Positions 22,558 through 31,741 of a DNA stretch of 64,000 bases are shown here, piece after piece (the first letter of the stretch is position 1; every line of letters begins with the position of its first letter). Origin of the DNA: an uncultured delta proteobacterium (lineage in GTDB: Bacteria; Desulfobacterota; Binatia; UBA9968). The stretch covers positions 192,001 through 256,000 of the forward strand of contig CAWJZV010000034.1 in assembly GCA_963847445.1 (NCBI GenBank), read 5' to 3'. The translations under genes and the position numbers were made by a program. The notes under the pieces were generated by a model. The model had not been told where the DNA came from. It saw only the letters and a program-made list of their open reading frames with translations, and did no database searches.

Positions 22558-22618
22558 GGCGACAGAGAGAAGAGACAGAAATTTGAGATGGAGATTGCGA
22601 AAGCCCATAAGATGAGAC

Positions 22619-22646
22619 GTAGGGGCAATTCATAAGTTACCCCTAT
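22619..22646. repeat. Degenerate GTAG-type REP
   Basis: GTAGGGGCAATTCATAAGTTACCCCTAT. Confidence 0.6.
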
Positions 22647-22851
22647 ATTCGGATCAAAGGGATAAAGGTCGTGTTACCGCATTGGCGGCCCCAACAGGTT
22701 CACGCATGGGAAGCGGCGCAGCGGGCGACGCAGGATCGGACCGGAGTCGCGCTCGATCACGCGTGCAAAATAGAAGTCTCACTTCTAACTTGCAAATTAA
22801 TCGGAAGGGGCTTTAGCAACGCAGAATCGCTGATGCCGTCGACGGTCGCGT

Positions 22852-23913
22852 CTAGCGCTGCGGCAGCGGCTCGTTGCCGGCGATCTTGTTGAACAGCGCG
22901 ATGACATCGGCGTCGCGCGGAATGTCCTTGATCGCTTTCTCCTGAGCTTCCGGCAACAGCGGCGTGGCGTCGTCGGCGGAGAGCCGTTTGAACTCCTTCA
23001 AGAACGCCGGATCGCGGAAAGTCTTGCGCATCGCCTCGCGCCAGTGCGCCACCGCTTCAGGCGGGCGTCCCTGGCGGCAGAATGTAGGGCGAGCCGACCA
23101 GGCGGAAGGTGCGGAACATGGTCATGATCTTCCGCTCGCGCTCGCTTTTGGCGAAGCTTTCCAACTCAGGCAGTTTGTTGAACAGGGCGTGGGGATGGCG
23201 GTCGTCCTTGGGAATCTGAATGATCGCATGAAAATTGAGGTAACGTTTCTCGATCTGCTCGGCGTTGCGTTGCAAAATCGTGTCAGGGATGTTGGCGCGG
23301 GCATCGAGTTCGCCGCGGTCCATGGCGAGGTCGAGCTCGGGTCCCGAATAGCCGGTGATAAATTTCGGATCTTTGAGTCCGAGGATCCAGGAGAACAGCC
23401 GGCCGTTTATATAAATGTCGTGGCCGACGGTTTGCGCGCCGACGCGGAGACCGGGATGGGCGCGGAGTTTATCCAAGCTATCGAGCCCCAGCCGCGCCAC
23501 CGAGCCGAAAACATATTGCGCCGTGCTGTTGGCGGCGCCGAGATAAATCAGTTTATCGATATCGTACTCGACACCGGTTGAGCCGAGCACGGCGTTGGCG
23601 ACCAGGCCCGGAACCGACGTTGCCCAGGGTCAGCCCGTCGGGTTTGGCGTTGCGCGCGACAAAGTTCGACGCCTTACGGCCGCCGCCGCCCGGCATGAAC
23701 TGGGTGACGATGACCGGCTCGCCGGGAAGGTATTTCTTCAGAAAGGGCAGCGCCGCCTGCGCGCGCAGGGCGCCGGTGCCGCCGGGTTCGCGCCCTTGCA
23801 CCAGCAAGATGGTCTTGCCTTGGAAGTAGGGCGTCGGATTGGCCGAAAAGTGGCGCGCTGCCGAGCGCGACAAACAGCATGACGACTGCCGTTAACCAGA
23901 TCATTTGTTTCAT
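22852..23913 (-). CDS. TctC/Bug-like tripartite tricarboxylate transporter substrate-binding protein (frameshifted)
   Basis: YFQGKTI, KYLPGEP, MPGGGG, KPDGLT, TGYSG, RGELD, PPGTP. Confidence 0.85.
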
Positions 23914-24067
23914 GATGCCCTCTGGGAAATTGACGTTGTAGTTGTCTACCATGCAGATCGGTTAATTCAAGTAGATTTGTCGTGACGACCCAGCTACCCG
24001 CGGCGTTTGCTGAATCGTGAAATCGCCAGTCGATCGCGCTTCGTCCGCCGCCATGGCGCGGCTCAAT

Positions 24068-24817
24068 TCAGGGCCAGGTAAACTGCGCCACCGGCGTGTC
24101 GTTGAGCAGCCGGTGGTCGGTCATATCGCATTGCAGCGGCGTGACCGAGACATAGCCTTCGTGCACGGCGACACAATCGGTGCCGTCGTCATTGGCGAAA
24201 CCCATGTCGTCGCCGCCGATCCAATAATACTTGCCGCCGCGCGGGTCGACCCGCTCGACGATGGTTTCGCTGTAATGGCGCTTGCCCATGCGGGTGAATT
24301 TCCAGCCCTTGAGTTGTTCTCTCGGTAAATTGGGCACGTTGACGTTGAGCAGGGTGCCCGCCGGAATGCCCGGCTTTTGGATGCTCTCGATCAACCTCGC
24401 GGTGAACTCCGCCGCGGCGCGAAAATCAAAATTCACGAAAGTGACAAGCGATACGGCGATGGCGGGAATGCCCAGGAGCGTGCCCTCGATGGCTGCGGAC
24501 ACCGTGCCTGAATAAATAATATCGTCGCCGAGATTGGGCCCTTTGTTGATGCCGGAGACGACCAGGTCGGGTTTTGCCGGCAGCAGACCGGTGAGCGCGA
24601 GTTTGACGCAATCCACCGGCGTGCCATTGACCGCCATGCGCCGCGGCCCGAGCTCGTGGACGCGTAGCGGCCGGTGCAGTGTCAACGAGTGGCTCGTGGA
24701 ACTCTGCGCCCGGTCCGGCGCCACGGTGTAGAGTTCGCCGAGGTGAGCGAGGCTCTGTTCCAGAGCGGTGAGTCCTTCGGATTGGATGCCGTCATCGTTG
24801 GAAAGCAAGATGATCAT
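24068..24817 (-). CDS. surE: 5'/3'-nucleotidase SurE
   Basis: LSNDDG, GTPVDC, SGINKGPN, YSGTV, SVTPL. Confidence 0.95.
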   Translation of the reverse strand: MIILLSNDDGIQSEGLTALEQSLAHLGELYTVAPDRAQSSTSHSLTLHRPLRVHELGPRRMAVNGTPVDCVKLALTGLLPAKPDLVVSGINKGPNLGDDIIYSGTVSAAIEGTLLGIPAIAVSLVTFVNFDFRAAAEFTARLIESIQKPGIPAGTLLNVNVPNLPREQLKGWKFTRMGKRHYSETIVERVDPRGGKYYWIGGDDMGFANDDGTDCVAVHEGYVSVTPLQCDMTDHRLLNDTPVAQFTWP

Positions 24818-25001
24818 GCAGCCATACTGGCAAAGAAGTCATGAACGGACAAGCGCAAGGGGCAGCCGGCGATGATCCCTATAGGATCGCTCCCATGCCT
24901 TGAACCTGATGGGTGACAGGTGCGGAGGTCCAGTGGACCGCTTTTAGGTTTTTTTTCTCGCAAGGTCTTCACTTCCGCTTTTCCAGCGCTATGCTGAAAT
25001 C

Positions 25002-25142
25002 AGAAGTTGGCGACTCGATCGAGATACTCTGCTTCTTGGCATTGCCTCCCTAAGCAGAGCAGTGGGTGCGATTACAGCTTACGTGCTACTGCAACCTACC
25101 GCCGACTCAGGCGCCCTGTCACCCCGGGGCGCCTTTTTTATT
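25002..25142 (+). ncRNA. Candidate ~140-nt sRNA with intrinsic terminator
   Basis: -10 TATGCT (24990); stems 25005-12/25100-07, 25027-34/25052-59, 25062-67/25094-99; terminator AGGCGCCC/GGGCGCCT followed by a T-run. Confidence 0.5.
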
Positions 25143-25180
25143 TCACGCTCGGGTTCCGCTTATATTTTGGCAAAGGGGAT

Positions 25181-25345
25181 GTCAAAGGAACGTTGTTGAC
25201 TGGCTGGACAAACTCTTTTCACTATCTTCATCTTCGACAACATCCCTTAATTCTGCGCAGACTCCCACTGCTCAGCAGCATGTGCGCGTGATTGTCCATC
25301 AACGCCCAGACGTAAAACCGGCGTCCCCGTATTGTTGCCACGACG
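25181..25345 (-). mobile_element. Internally deleted Y1 (RAYT/IS200-like) transposase remnant 1
   Basis: Encodes TGTPV/YVWALMDNHAHMLLSSG (HUH motif NHAH); end segment shared with 27415-27480. Confidence 0.7.
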
Positions 25346-25552
25346 GCAGGCAAATTATTTTCTCACTATCAAAGTGACATCACGGATTTACTCAATGGAG
25401 TTGATATCTACAAATAAACATTACTTTATGGATGAGGGGGGGCTGGGATCAGTGGCGAGATGTACAACCAGTTTGGTAGGCATTCATGTCACTGACCTAC
25501 GCTGAATGCTCCTAATAAACTTCTTAGGCAAAAAATCGGAGAAGCGAATGTG

Positions 25553-25858
25553 CTAGGACTGACGGTCTGACACCAAACTGGATTCGATCGCGAATCCTGG
25601 ACGCATCTCGTATCGGATGAAGTAGTTATTGAAGCTGGTGTGCAACTCGAAATAAATCCGACCGTATTGGATGCGCTCGGATCTATTTGGCATGACGAGA
25701 TATTCAATCCGACGCTGATCCGCACCCGCCTCGATTAATTGATTAACCGCCTGTTGGAACACACCGCGCTTTGCGTTGTGTGCCGCTTCATAGAAATCTT
25801 TTAGGAAACTATCTTTTATAGCGGTCACCTGCTGCGCGGTTATCCAGAAATCTTGCAC
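25553..25858 (-). CDS. Hypothetical protein (101 aa)
   Basis: Open frame with protein-like composition in the low-GC islet; no motif recognised. Confidence 0.45.
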   Translation of the reverse strand: MQDFWITAQQVTAIKDSFLKDFYEAAHNAKRGVFQQAVNQLIEAGADQRRIEYLVMPNRSERIQYGRIYFELHTSFNNYFIRYEMRPGFAIESSLVSDRQS

Positions 25859-26279
25859 GTCGACCTTAATCTATTATTGAGATCGCAGGGAATTCCAAGA
25901 CAAATTGATGCCATTGCAATTTCGCGAAGCGTCGTGAGCCTTTCTTGGAAAAAAGTTGATCAAGAAACAGCTCTGAAATAACAAAGGGGGGAAAATAATT
26001 GTCAGTGTACACGATCAGGTCGAAGAGGGCACTGGTTTTTTTCGGTTTCGTGTACCTGGCTAAAGCCGAGTGCAGCTTTCATTGAGAACTAAGCGCAGTC
26101 TACGATACGCCTGAGTTCTCCTATTCTAGTCCGAGCTTTTTTCCTTGCGCGCTTGGGAACGCTATCGGCAACACAAACTAGCGTAAGCGCTGCTAACCGA
26201 TTAAGATACGCAGAACAATCTCCAATGCCTTCTCTCCGACAGATGCCGCGAAAGATCGATCGAGCGAGGAAATACCGCC

Positions 26280-26562
26280 ATGCGTATGAAGAACCCGCCC
26301 CATCCTGGGCGCATTGTTCGCCAAGAGTGTATCGAGCCTCTGGGACTGACCGTAACTGAAGCCGCCAAGCGTCTCGGAGTAATCGCGGCAGACCTTGAAC
26401 AATCTGGTCAACGGCAAGGGCTGTGTCTCGGCCGAGATGGCGGTGCGCCTTTCTAAAGCCTTTGGATCAAGCCCCGAGGTGTGGCTCGGCATGCAGATGG
26501 AATACGACCTCGCGCGAGTCGAGAAGGAAGTGGGCAACATCAAGGTTAAACGAGTTGCATGA
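26280..26562 (+). CDS. higA: HigA-family antitoxin (one frameshift)
   Basis: [10 protein letters not shown]...[53 protein letters not shown]; GAGGA RBS. Confidence 0.85.
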
Positions 26563-26722
26563 GCGCGGAGCGGTGCTCCTAGCCGGGTCCGAAATCGGGT
26601 GGCGGGAATAACCTTAGACGGCACAGGAGATCAGCACAGATGTCGTCACGGGGTGGGGGTTGACTTCTCCGGCGATGACTTATTCCTTGACCTGTAAATG
26701 GTGAAGCGAGCTGTCTTACAAA

Positions 26723-27370
26723 ATGAAAAAACTAACTCTTGCACCGGAACAAGTCCTGGCCACGGATACTTCGTTTCCAGAAGACGATCTGGCGTTTCAG
26801 ATTTACTATCGGGTGTTTGCCAAAGGCGGTGGCGTATCATTGCCGCCCATTATCGTCGGCTCGATTAAATCACCGAGCGACTGGATTGCTCGGCTGGAGA
26901 GTGGATATTCGCACCGCGAGCATAGGGACCCGGATCTAGTTCGACAGCGGCGTCGAGAATATAGGATTTTGTTTGCGAAATTGCGGGAGATTCCGTATTA
27001 CATCCTCGATGGCAATCACCGGGCCTTAGCGTCAGCTTTAAGTCGACAGCCGCTCAATGCTCTTTACCTAGAGTCCGATGCAGACCTGCTGGAAGTCGAG
27101 CGAATGGTTTCAACCGGGGATCTGCTATCTTTCCCGCATGAAGCTGGGAGTGTGGAAGAGTTAGAAGGGCAATCGATTCAACACTTTCTGAAACTCAATG
27201 ATCTTCCGCCCAATCACGCTCTCAATGCTTCAAATAAGATCGATCTCACTCCTTTGGTGTCCGTCGCGACTCGTGCATACGATTTATGTTCGAGCAACAG
27301 ATTACCGCGCTACATGGTTAAGAACTACACGGCGCGGAAGGAAGGCCGTCCAAGGATACTGCCGAGTTAA
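26723..27370 (+). CDS. ParB/sulfiredoxin-like N-terminal domain protein
   Basis: LPPIIV...YYILDGNHRALA. Confidence 0.6.
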   Translation: MKKLTLAPEQVLATDTSFPEDDLAFQIYYRVFAKGGGVSLPPIIVGSIKSPSDWIARLESGYSHREHRDPDLVRQRRREYRILFAKLREIPYYILDGNHRALASALSRQPLNALYLESDADLLEVERMVSTGDLLSFPHEAGSVEELEGQSIQHFLKLNDLPPNHALNASNKIDLTPLVSVATRAYDLCSSNRLPRYMVKNYTARKEGRPRILPS

Positions 27371-27414
27371 CCCACTCTGAGCCGATAGCGCGAGCAACAT
27401 TTGGCGGCGTGAAG

Positions 27415-27648
27415 GTCAAAGGGGACGTTGTCAACTAGCTGGACAAACTTCTTTTCAATATCTTGGACAACTTCGCTTAATGTGGGTCAACGCCCAGGCG
27501 TAAACCGGTGTCCCGGTTTCTCCGGTCAATCGCCCGAGCTGCCGCATGATCTCGTCGATCCTGTTGGTCAGCGAAGTTTCGCCGCCGCCCGATCCCGCGG
27601 ACCGTTGTGCAATGTCCCGGGACTATCCAGTCGTGCTTGCCTCGGCAT
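27415..27648 (-). mobile_element. Internally deleted Y1 (RAYT-like) transposase remnant 2
   Basis: MPRQARLDSPGTLH/VRGIGRRRNFADQQDR/GETGTPVYAWAL, then jumps to the shared end segment. Confidence 0.75.
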
Positions 27649-27739
27649 AGATTGTAACTTTTGTTTTCCGAATTTCTCCACGTTCGAGTTCGTCCAGCTA
27701 GTCAATAATTTCCACTTTGTGACAACGATTCAGGCGTTG

Positions 27740-29929
27740 CTAAATTAAGCCGGGTCTAAAAATTGCCGATGGCCTTCGATCATGGCGGCAAACTGTGCTT
27801 GCTCCGTTTACTGAAATGGTTGCGGGAAATTTAGCGCTGCTGCGGCGCCAGCGCGCTAGCCACTTGTGGTCGAGCAGTGGCGGCGCCAACGGATGCTGGG
27901 CGGCGCTTTCAGCTCGGTTGAACGCGATCGTGGTCTCGCTCTTCGGGCCGGTGCCGACCCCTTGGGCGACCCAGAAGCCGGCGCTCAGCAATGCCACGCG
28001 CACGGCGGTGGCTGCGGAGTAAGTATAGAGTTCAGCCGGTTTGGCCAGGCAGCGGGCAAATATTCTCGCGAAGATTTCCCCGGTCCACAGTGCAGCGTCG
28101 GTTTTAAATGAGAAAGGATCGTAAAAAATCAGGTCGGGGATCGCTGCGGTTTCGATTAAGTCACGAAAGTCTCCTTGGAGAAGTTGCCAATGCAGCATTT
28201 CCGATGGGTGTTGCCAGCTCCCCTGGGAGAGAATCTTCGACGGCGCGCTGTGGTGCAGGTGCGGGAAGTAGCCGGAATGTTTGGCGGCGAGGGTGAGCGC
28301 ATCGAGATCCTGCTCAAAACTGAGCAGACGCAGGGGGCGCAGGCCGGCGCGGTTATTTCCCCCGTGGCAGCGCTCGAAGCAGTGAATCGCCGCCATGGCA
28401 TTGCTGGCGGCGCCCAGGCCGACATCCCAGATGACCAATTCGTCGGAGTTGCCGTGACTTGTTTTTGACCACGCTGATTCCAGCGTGGAACCACTAAATG
28501 GGGTTTCCAAAGGGGGTTGAACATCCCCTTTGCGATATTTAATTAGCGCCGGGGTCAATACCCCGGCCGCGAAGTGACTTCGTTTATTGACTAAGCGCGC
28601 GGCGAGAGCCGACTGCTCGATGTAAAGCTGGTTGGCTTCTTCGCTCGGCGCGCTCACCGAGTGCATGATTTCGCCGGAGCTGATTTGACGAATGCTGTAA
28701 AAACCATGAACCGAGCGGTGCAGCTCATAATCGCCCAGGCGGGCCGGCTGGACGACTTTGGTTTTCTTCGGCGGCCGGATCGGATTGTCTTCATCGGCGC
28801 GCATCAGCTCGGCGCGTTTCTCGCGGTAGTACGCGGCAAAGTTGCCGGCTAAAATTCGCTCGCGCATTTCCTTCATCAGGCGATGGTAGAACGCCAGGTT
28901 GTGCATGCCCAAGAGATGCCAGCCGAGCGCTTCAGCCGATTTGATCAGGTGGTGCAGGTAGGCGCGCGAGTAATCTCGGCAGCATTGGCAATCGCAAAGG
29001 GCGTCGACAGGGTCGTCGGCGAGTTTATGAACCGTGCGGCGCAACTGCAGTTTGCCGTGGGAGGTAAAGGCGACGCCGCGTTGCGCCAGTTGGGTCGGGA
29101 TAATGCAGTCGAACATGTCGACGCCGCGATGCACCGCCTCGAGAAGATCGCTGGGCGTGCCCACGCCCATGAGATAGCGCGGCAGCTGCGCCGGCAGCTG
29201 CTCGGTGACCAGCGCGGTGAGATCGTAACGCTCGGCGTGAGTTTCGCCGACCGCGAGACCGCCGATGGCGAAACCGTCGAAGGGCAGTTCGCGCAGGAAT
29301 GCGGCGCTGATTTTTCGCAGCTGCGCATGACAGGCGCCCTGAACGATAGCGAAGAGTGCGGCCGGGGCATCGCCGCGCGCCTGCAGCGAACGTTGCGCCC
29401 AACGATGGGTCAGCTCCATGGCTGCCTGCGCTTGAGGATACGCCGCGGTGGCGGGGATGCATTGATCGAGCACCATCATGATATCGCTGCCGATGGCTTG
29501 CTGCATTTCAATGCTCGACTCTGGCGACAGCAAGTAGCTCTTGCCATCGACGTAGCTTTTGAAGTTTGCGCCGGCTTCATTCATGGCTCGCGAATGGGGC
29601 AGCGAGAAAATCTGAAAGCCGCCGGAGTCCGTCAGCACCGGGCCAGGCCAATTCATGAAGCGGTGAATGCCGCCGAATTTCTTGAAGACTGCGGCGCCGG
29701 GACGAAGCAGGAGATGATAGGTATTCGCCAATAACAAGCGCGCGCCGGTTGCTTGCAAACTTTCCACGGTCTGCGCTTTGACCGTCGCCTGGGTGCCCAC
29801 CGGCATGAAGATCGGCGTTTCGACGGCGCCGTGCAGCGTTTGAAAGGTTGCCGCGCGGGCCCGGGAGCCAGGCGAACCGGCTTCCAGAGTGAACTGCAAT
29901 CGGGGGTTGTCGCGCGGTGAATTTACCAT
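27740..29929 (-). CDS. tgt: tRNA-guanine transglycosylase fused to an MnmC2-type SAM methyltransferase
   Basis: FMPVGT, NTYHL, DSGGFQ, GGLAVGE, YLMGVG, DMFDC, CxCxxC..H; C-terminal WDVGLG, SFE, GDF, FYDPFS, TYSAA..R..L..AGF. Confidence 0.9.
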   Translation of the reverse strand: MVNSPRDNPRLQFTLEAGSPGSRARAATFQTLHGAVETPIFMPVGTQATVKAQTVESLQATGARLLLANTYHLLLRPGAAVFKKFGGIHRFMNWPGPVLTDSGGFQIFSLPHSRAMNEAGANFKSYVDGKSYLLSPESSIEMQQAIGSDIMMVLDQCIPATAAYPQAQAAMELTHRWAQRSLQARGDAPAALFAIVQGACHAQLRKISAAFLRELPFDGFAIGGLAVGETHAERYDLTALVTEQLPAQLPRYLMGVGTPSDLLEAVHRGVDMFDCIIPTQLAQRGVAFTSHGKLQLRRTVHKLADDPVDALCDCQCCRDYSRAYLHHLIKSAEALGWHLLGMHNLAFYHRLMKEMRERILAGNFAAYYREKRAELMRADEDNPIRPPKKTKVVQPARLGDYELHRSVHGFYSIRQISSGEIMHSVSAPSEEANQLYIEQSALAARLVNKRSHFAAGVLTPALIKYRKGDVQPPLETPFSGSTLESAWSKTSHGNSDELVIWDVGLGAASNAMAAIHCFERCHGGNNRAGLRPLRLLSFEQDLDALTLAAKHSGYFPHLHHSAPSKILSQGSWQHPSEMLHWQLLQGDFRDLIETAAIPDLIFYDPFSFKTDAALWTGEIFARIFARCLAKPAELYTYSAATAVRVALLSAGFWVAQGVGTGPKSETTIAFNRAESAAQHPLAPPLLDHKWLARWRRSSAKFPATISVNGASTVCRHDRRPSAIFRPGLI
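28469..28582. repeat. Four tandem hairpins inserted in frame in the tgt fusion
   Basis: CCACGCTG/CAGCGTGG, CAAAGGGG/CCCCTTTG, GCCGGGG/CCCCGGC, CGAAGT/ACTTCG. Confidence 0.65.
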
Positions 29930-29941
29930 GGGTCGGATTAT

Positions 29942-30085
29942 CTCTCGCAAAGGCGCCAAGGCGCGAAGTTGACGGGCGGATGCCCGTCATCCGGAGCGAA
30001 CGCGAGGGATCTAAGAGAGATTTCTCCCTTCGGTCGCAATGACATCCCTTCCGACCTTGGCGTCTTTGCGCCTTGGCGAGAGGAA
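29942..30085 (-). repeat. ~140-nt composite palindromic element, copy B (inverted)
   Basis: Reverse complement aligns by eye end to end with 21629-21768. Confidence 0.8.
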
Positions 30086-30224
30086 CATCCGAATCTCGAT
30101 CCTGTCTGAAAATTCGCGCATATCGCATCGTATCACTGGTTGGCGCACTGGCGCGAGGGGCGTTCTTGTGTCGGCCACGGCGCCTAAGGTATAAATTTTA
30201 CTCGATTGAAGGAGAATGCTTGCC

Positions 30225-31482
30225 ATGGCAAACGCGGAAATCGTCGCGATCGGTTCGGAATTGCTGCTCGGTCAGATCGTCGATACCAATTCGGCCTGGA
30301 TGGCCCAGCGGCTCACTGCGCTGGGGGTGAATTTATATTTCAAATCGGTGGTCGGGCGATAATCCTGAGCGCATGAAGGAAGTGATCGCGCGGGCGGTGG
30401 AGCGCGCCGACATCGTTATCACCAGCGGCGGCATCGGGCCGACCCAGGACGATTTGACTCGCGACATCGTCGCCGAAGTCACCGGTCGCAAACTGGTTCA
30501 AGACGCCGGCATGCTGGAGCAGGTCGAAGGCCACTTTCGCCGGCGCGGCCGGCCGATGACGCCCAACAATCTGCGCCAATCCTATATGCCGGAGGGAGCG
30601 ATCCCGGTGAAAAACCCCAACGGCACGGCACCGTCCTTTGTCGTCGAAGATCCGCGCGCCGTGGTTTTCTCGTTGCCCGGCGTGCCGGTGGAGATGAAAT
30701 GGTTGTTCGAAAACGAAGTCGAGCCCTATCTCAGAAAGAAGTTCAATCTCGCCGAGGTGATTCACTACCGCGTGCTCAAGATCGTCGGCATCGGCGAGAG
30801 CGCGGTGGACGATAAGGTCGGCCACTTGATCGCCAACTCAAGCAATCCAACCGTCGGCGTGCTGGCGTTACCCGGCCAAGTCGACGTGCGCATCGCCGCC
30901 AAGGCGGCCAATCGCGCCGAGGCGATGAAGATGATCGCACCGGTGGAAGCCGAGGTGCGCGAGCTGTTGGGCACGGCGATCTTCGCCGCCGACGAAGAAA
31001 CCATGGAGGTTGTCACCGGCCAATTGCTGCGCGAAAAAAACCACACCGTGGCGGCGTGCGAGGATCTCACCTGCGGTCAATTGGCGGAGCGCCTGCAGAC
31101 CGCCGGCAATGAGAACTTCGGCGCCGGCTTTATTTGCAATAACGAAAATGCCCTGCGCTCATTACTGAAAAACGCGCGCAGCGGCATAAATCTCGACGCG
31201 ACTTTAAAAGATCCAACCGCGCTTACCGACGAAATGGCTTGGGCGGCGCGCCAACAGTCCGGCTGCGATTTCGGCTTGGCGCTGCACGCCATCGCCGATC
31301 CCGACAGCAAGATTCAAAATCTCGCGCGCGGGCAGACCTATGTTTCGCTTACCGACGGCAAGACTTTTCTCAGGCGTGAAAGCACCAGCGCCGGCCGCGG
31401 CGCCTACGACCGCTCGCGCATGACGCTCAGCGCCATCGATTTGCTCAGAACGGCGTTGTTGGAAGGGATGAATCAGAAATAG
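30225..31482 (+). CDS. cinA: CinA-like protein (MocF/COG1058 domain + degenerate PncC domain), frameshifted
   Basis: [43 protein letters not shown]. Confidence 0.85.
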
Positions 31483-31530
31483 TTGCGTGCGCAAATTTTC
31501 TTAGCCCCGAACATCTCGGAGTCGGGTATT

Positions 31531-31676
31531 CCTCGCGCCAAGGACGCCAAGGTCGCAATGTTCGGAATCGTTGTCATTTCGACCCTTGGGAGGAATCTAT
31601 CTTCGATCCCTCGTGCTCCCTCGGGGTGACGGGCATAGGCCGTCACCTTTGCGAGCTTTGCGTCTTTGCGGGAGAT
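31531..31676 (+). repeat. ~140-nt composite palindromic element, copy C
   Basis: GCCAAGGACGCCAAG..GTCATTTCGACC..GATCCCTCG..CGGGGTGACGGGC..CTTTGCGTCTTTGCGGG. Confidence 0.75.
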
Positions 31677-31741
31677 AATTCCGAGTTTTCGGTTTTCGGC
31701 TGTGTCGCTCTCGGTCCTTGGTGGTGAAAAACTCTTGTCCA

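Noticed and set aside
24870-24960. 6S RNA (TCCC...CTTGAACC)
   Set aside because: No complementary 3' arm to form the long rod with a central bubble.
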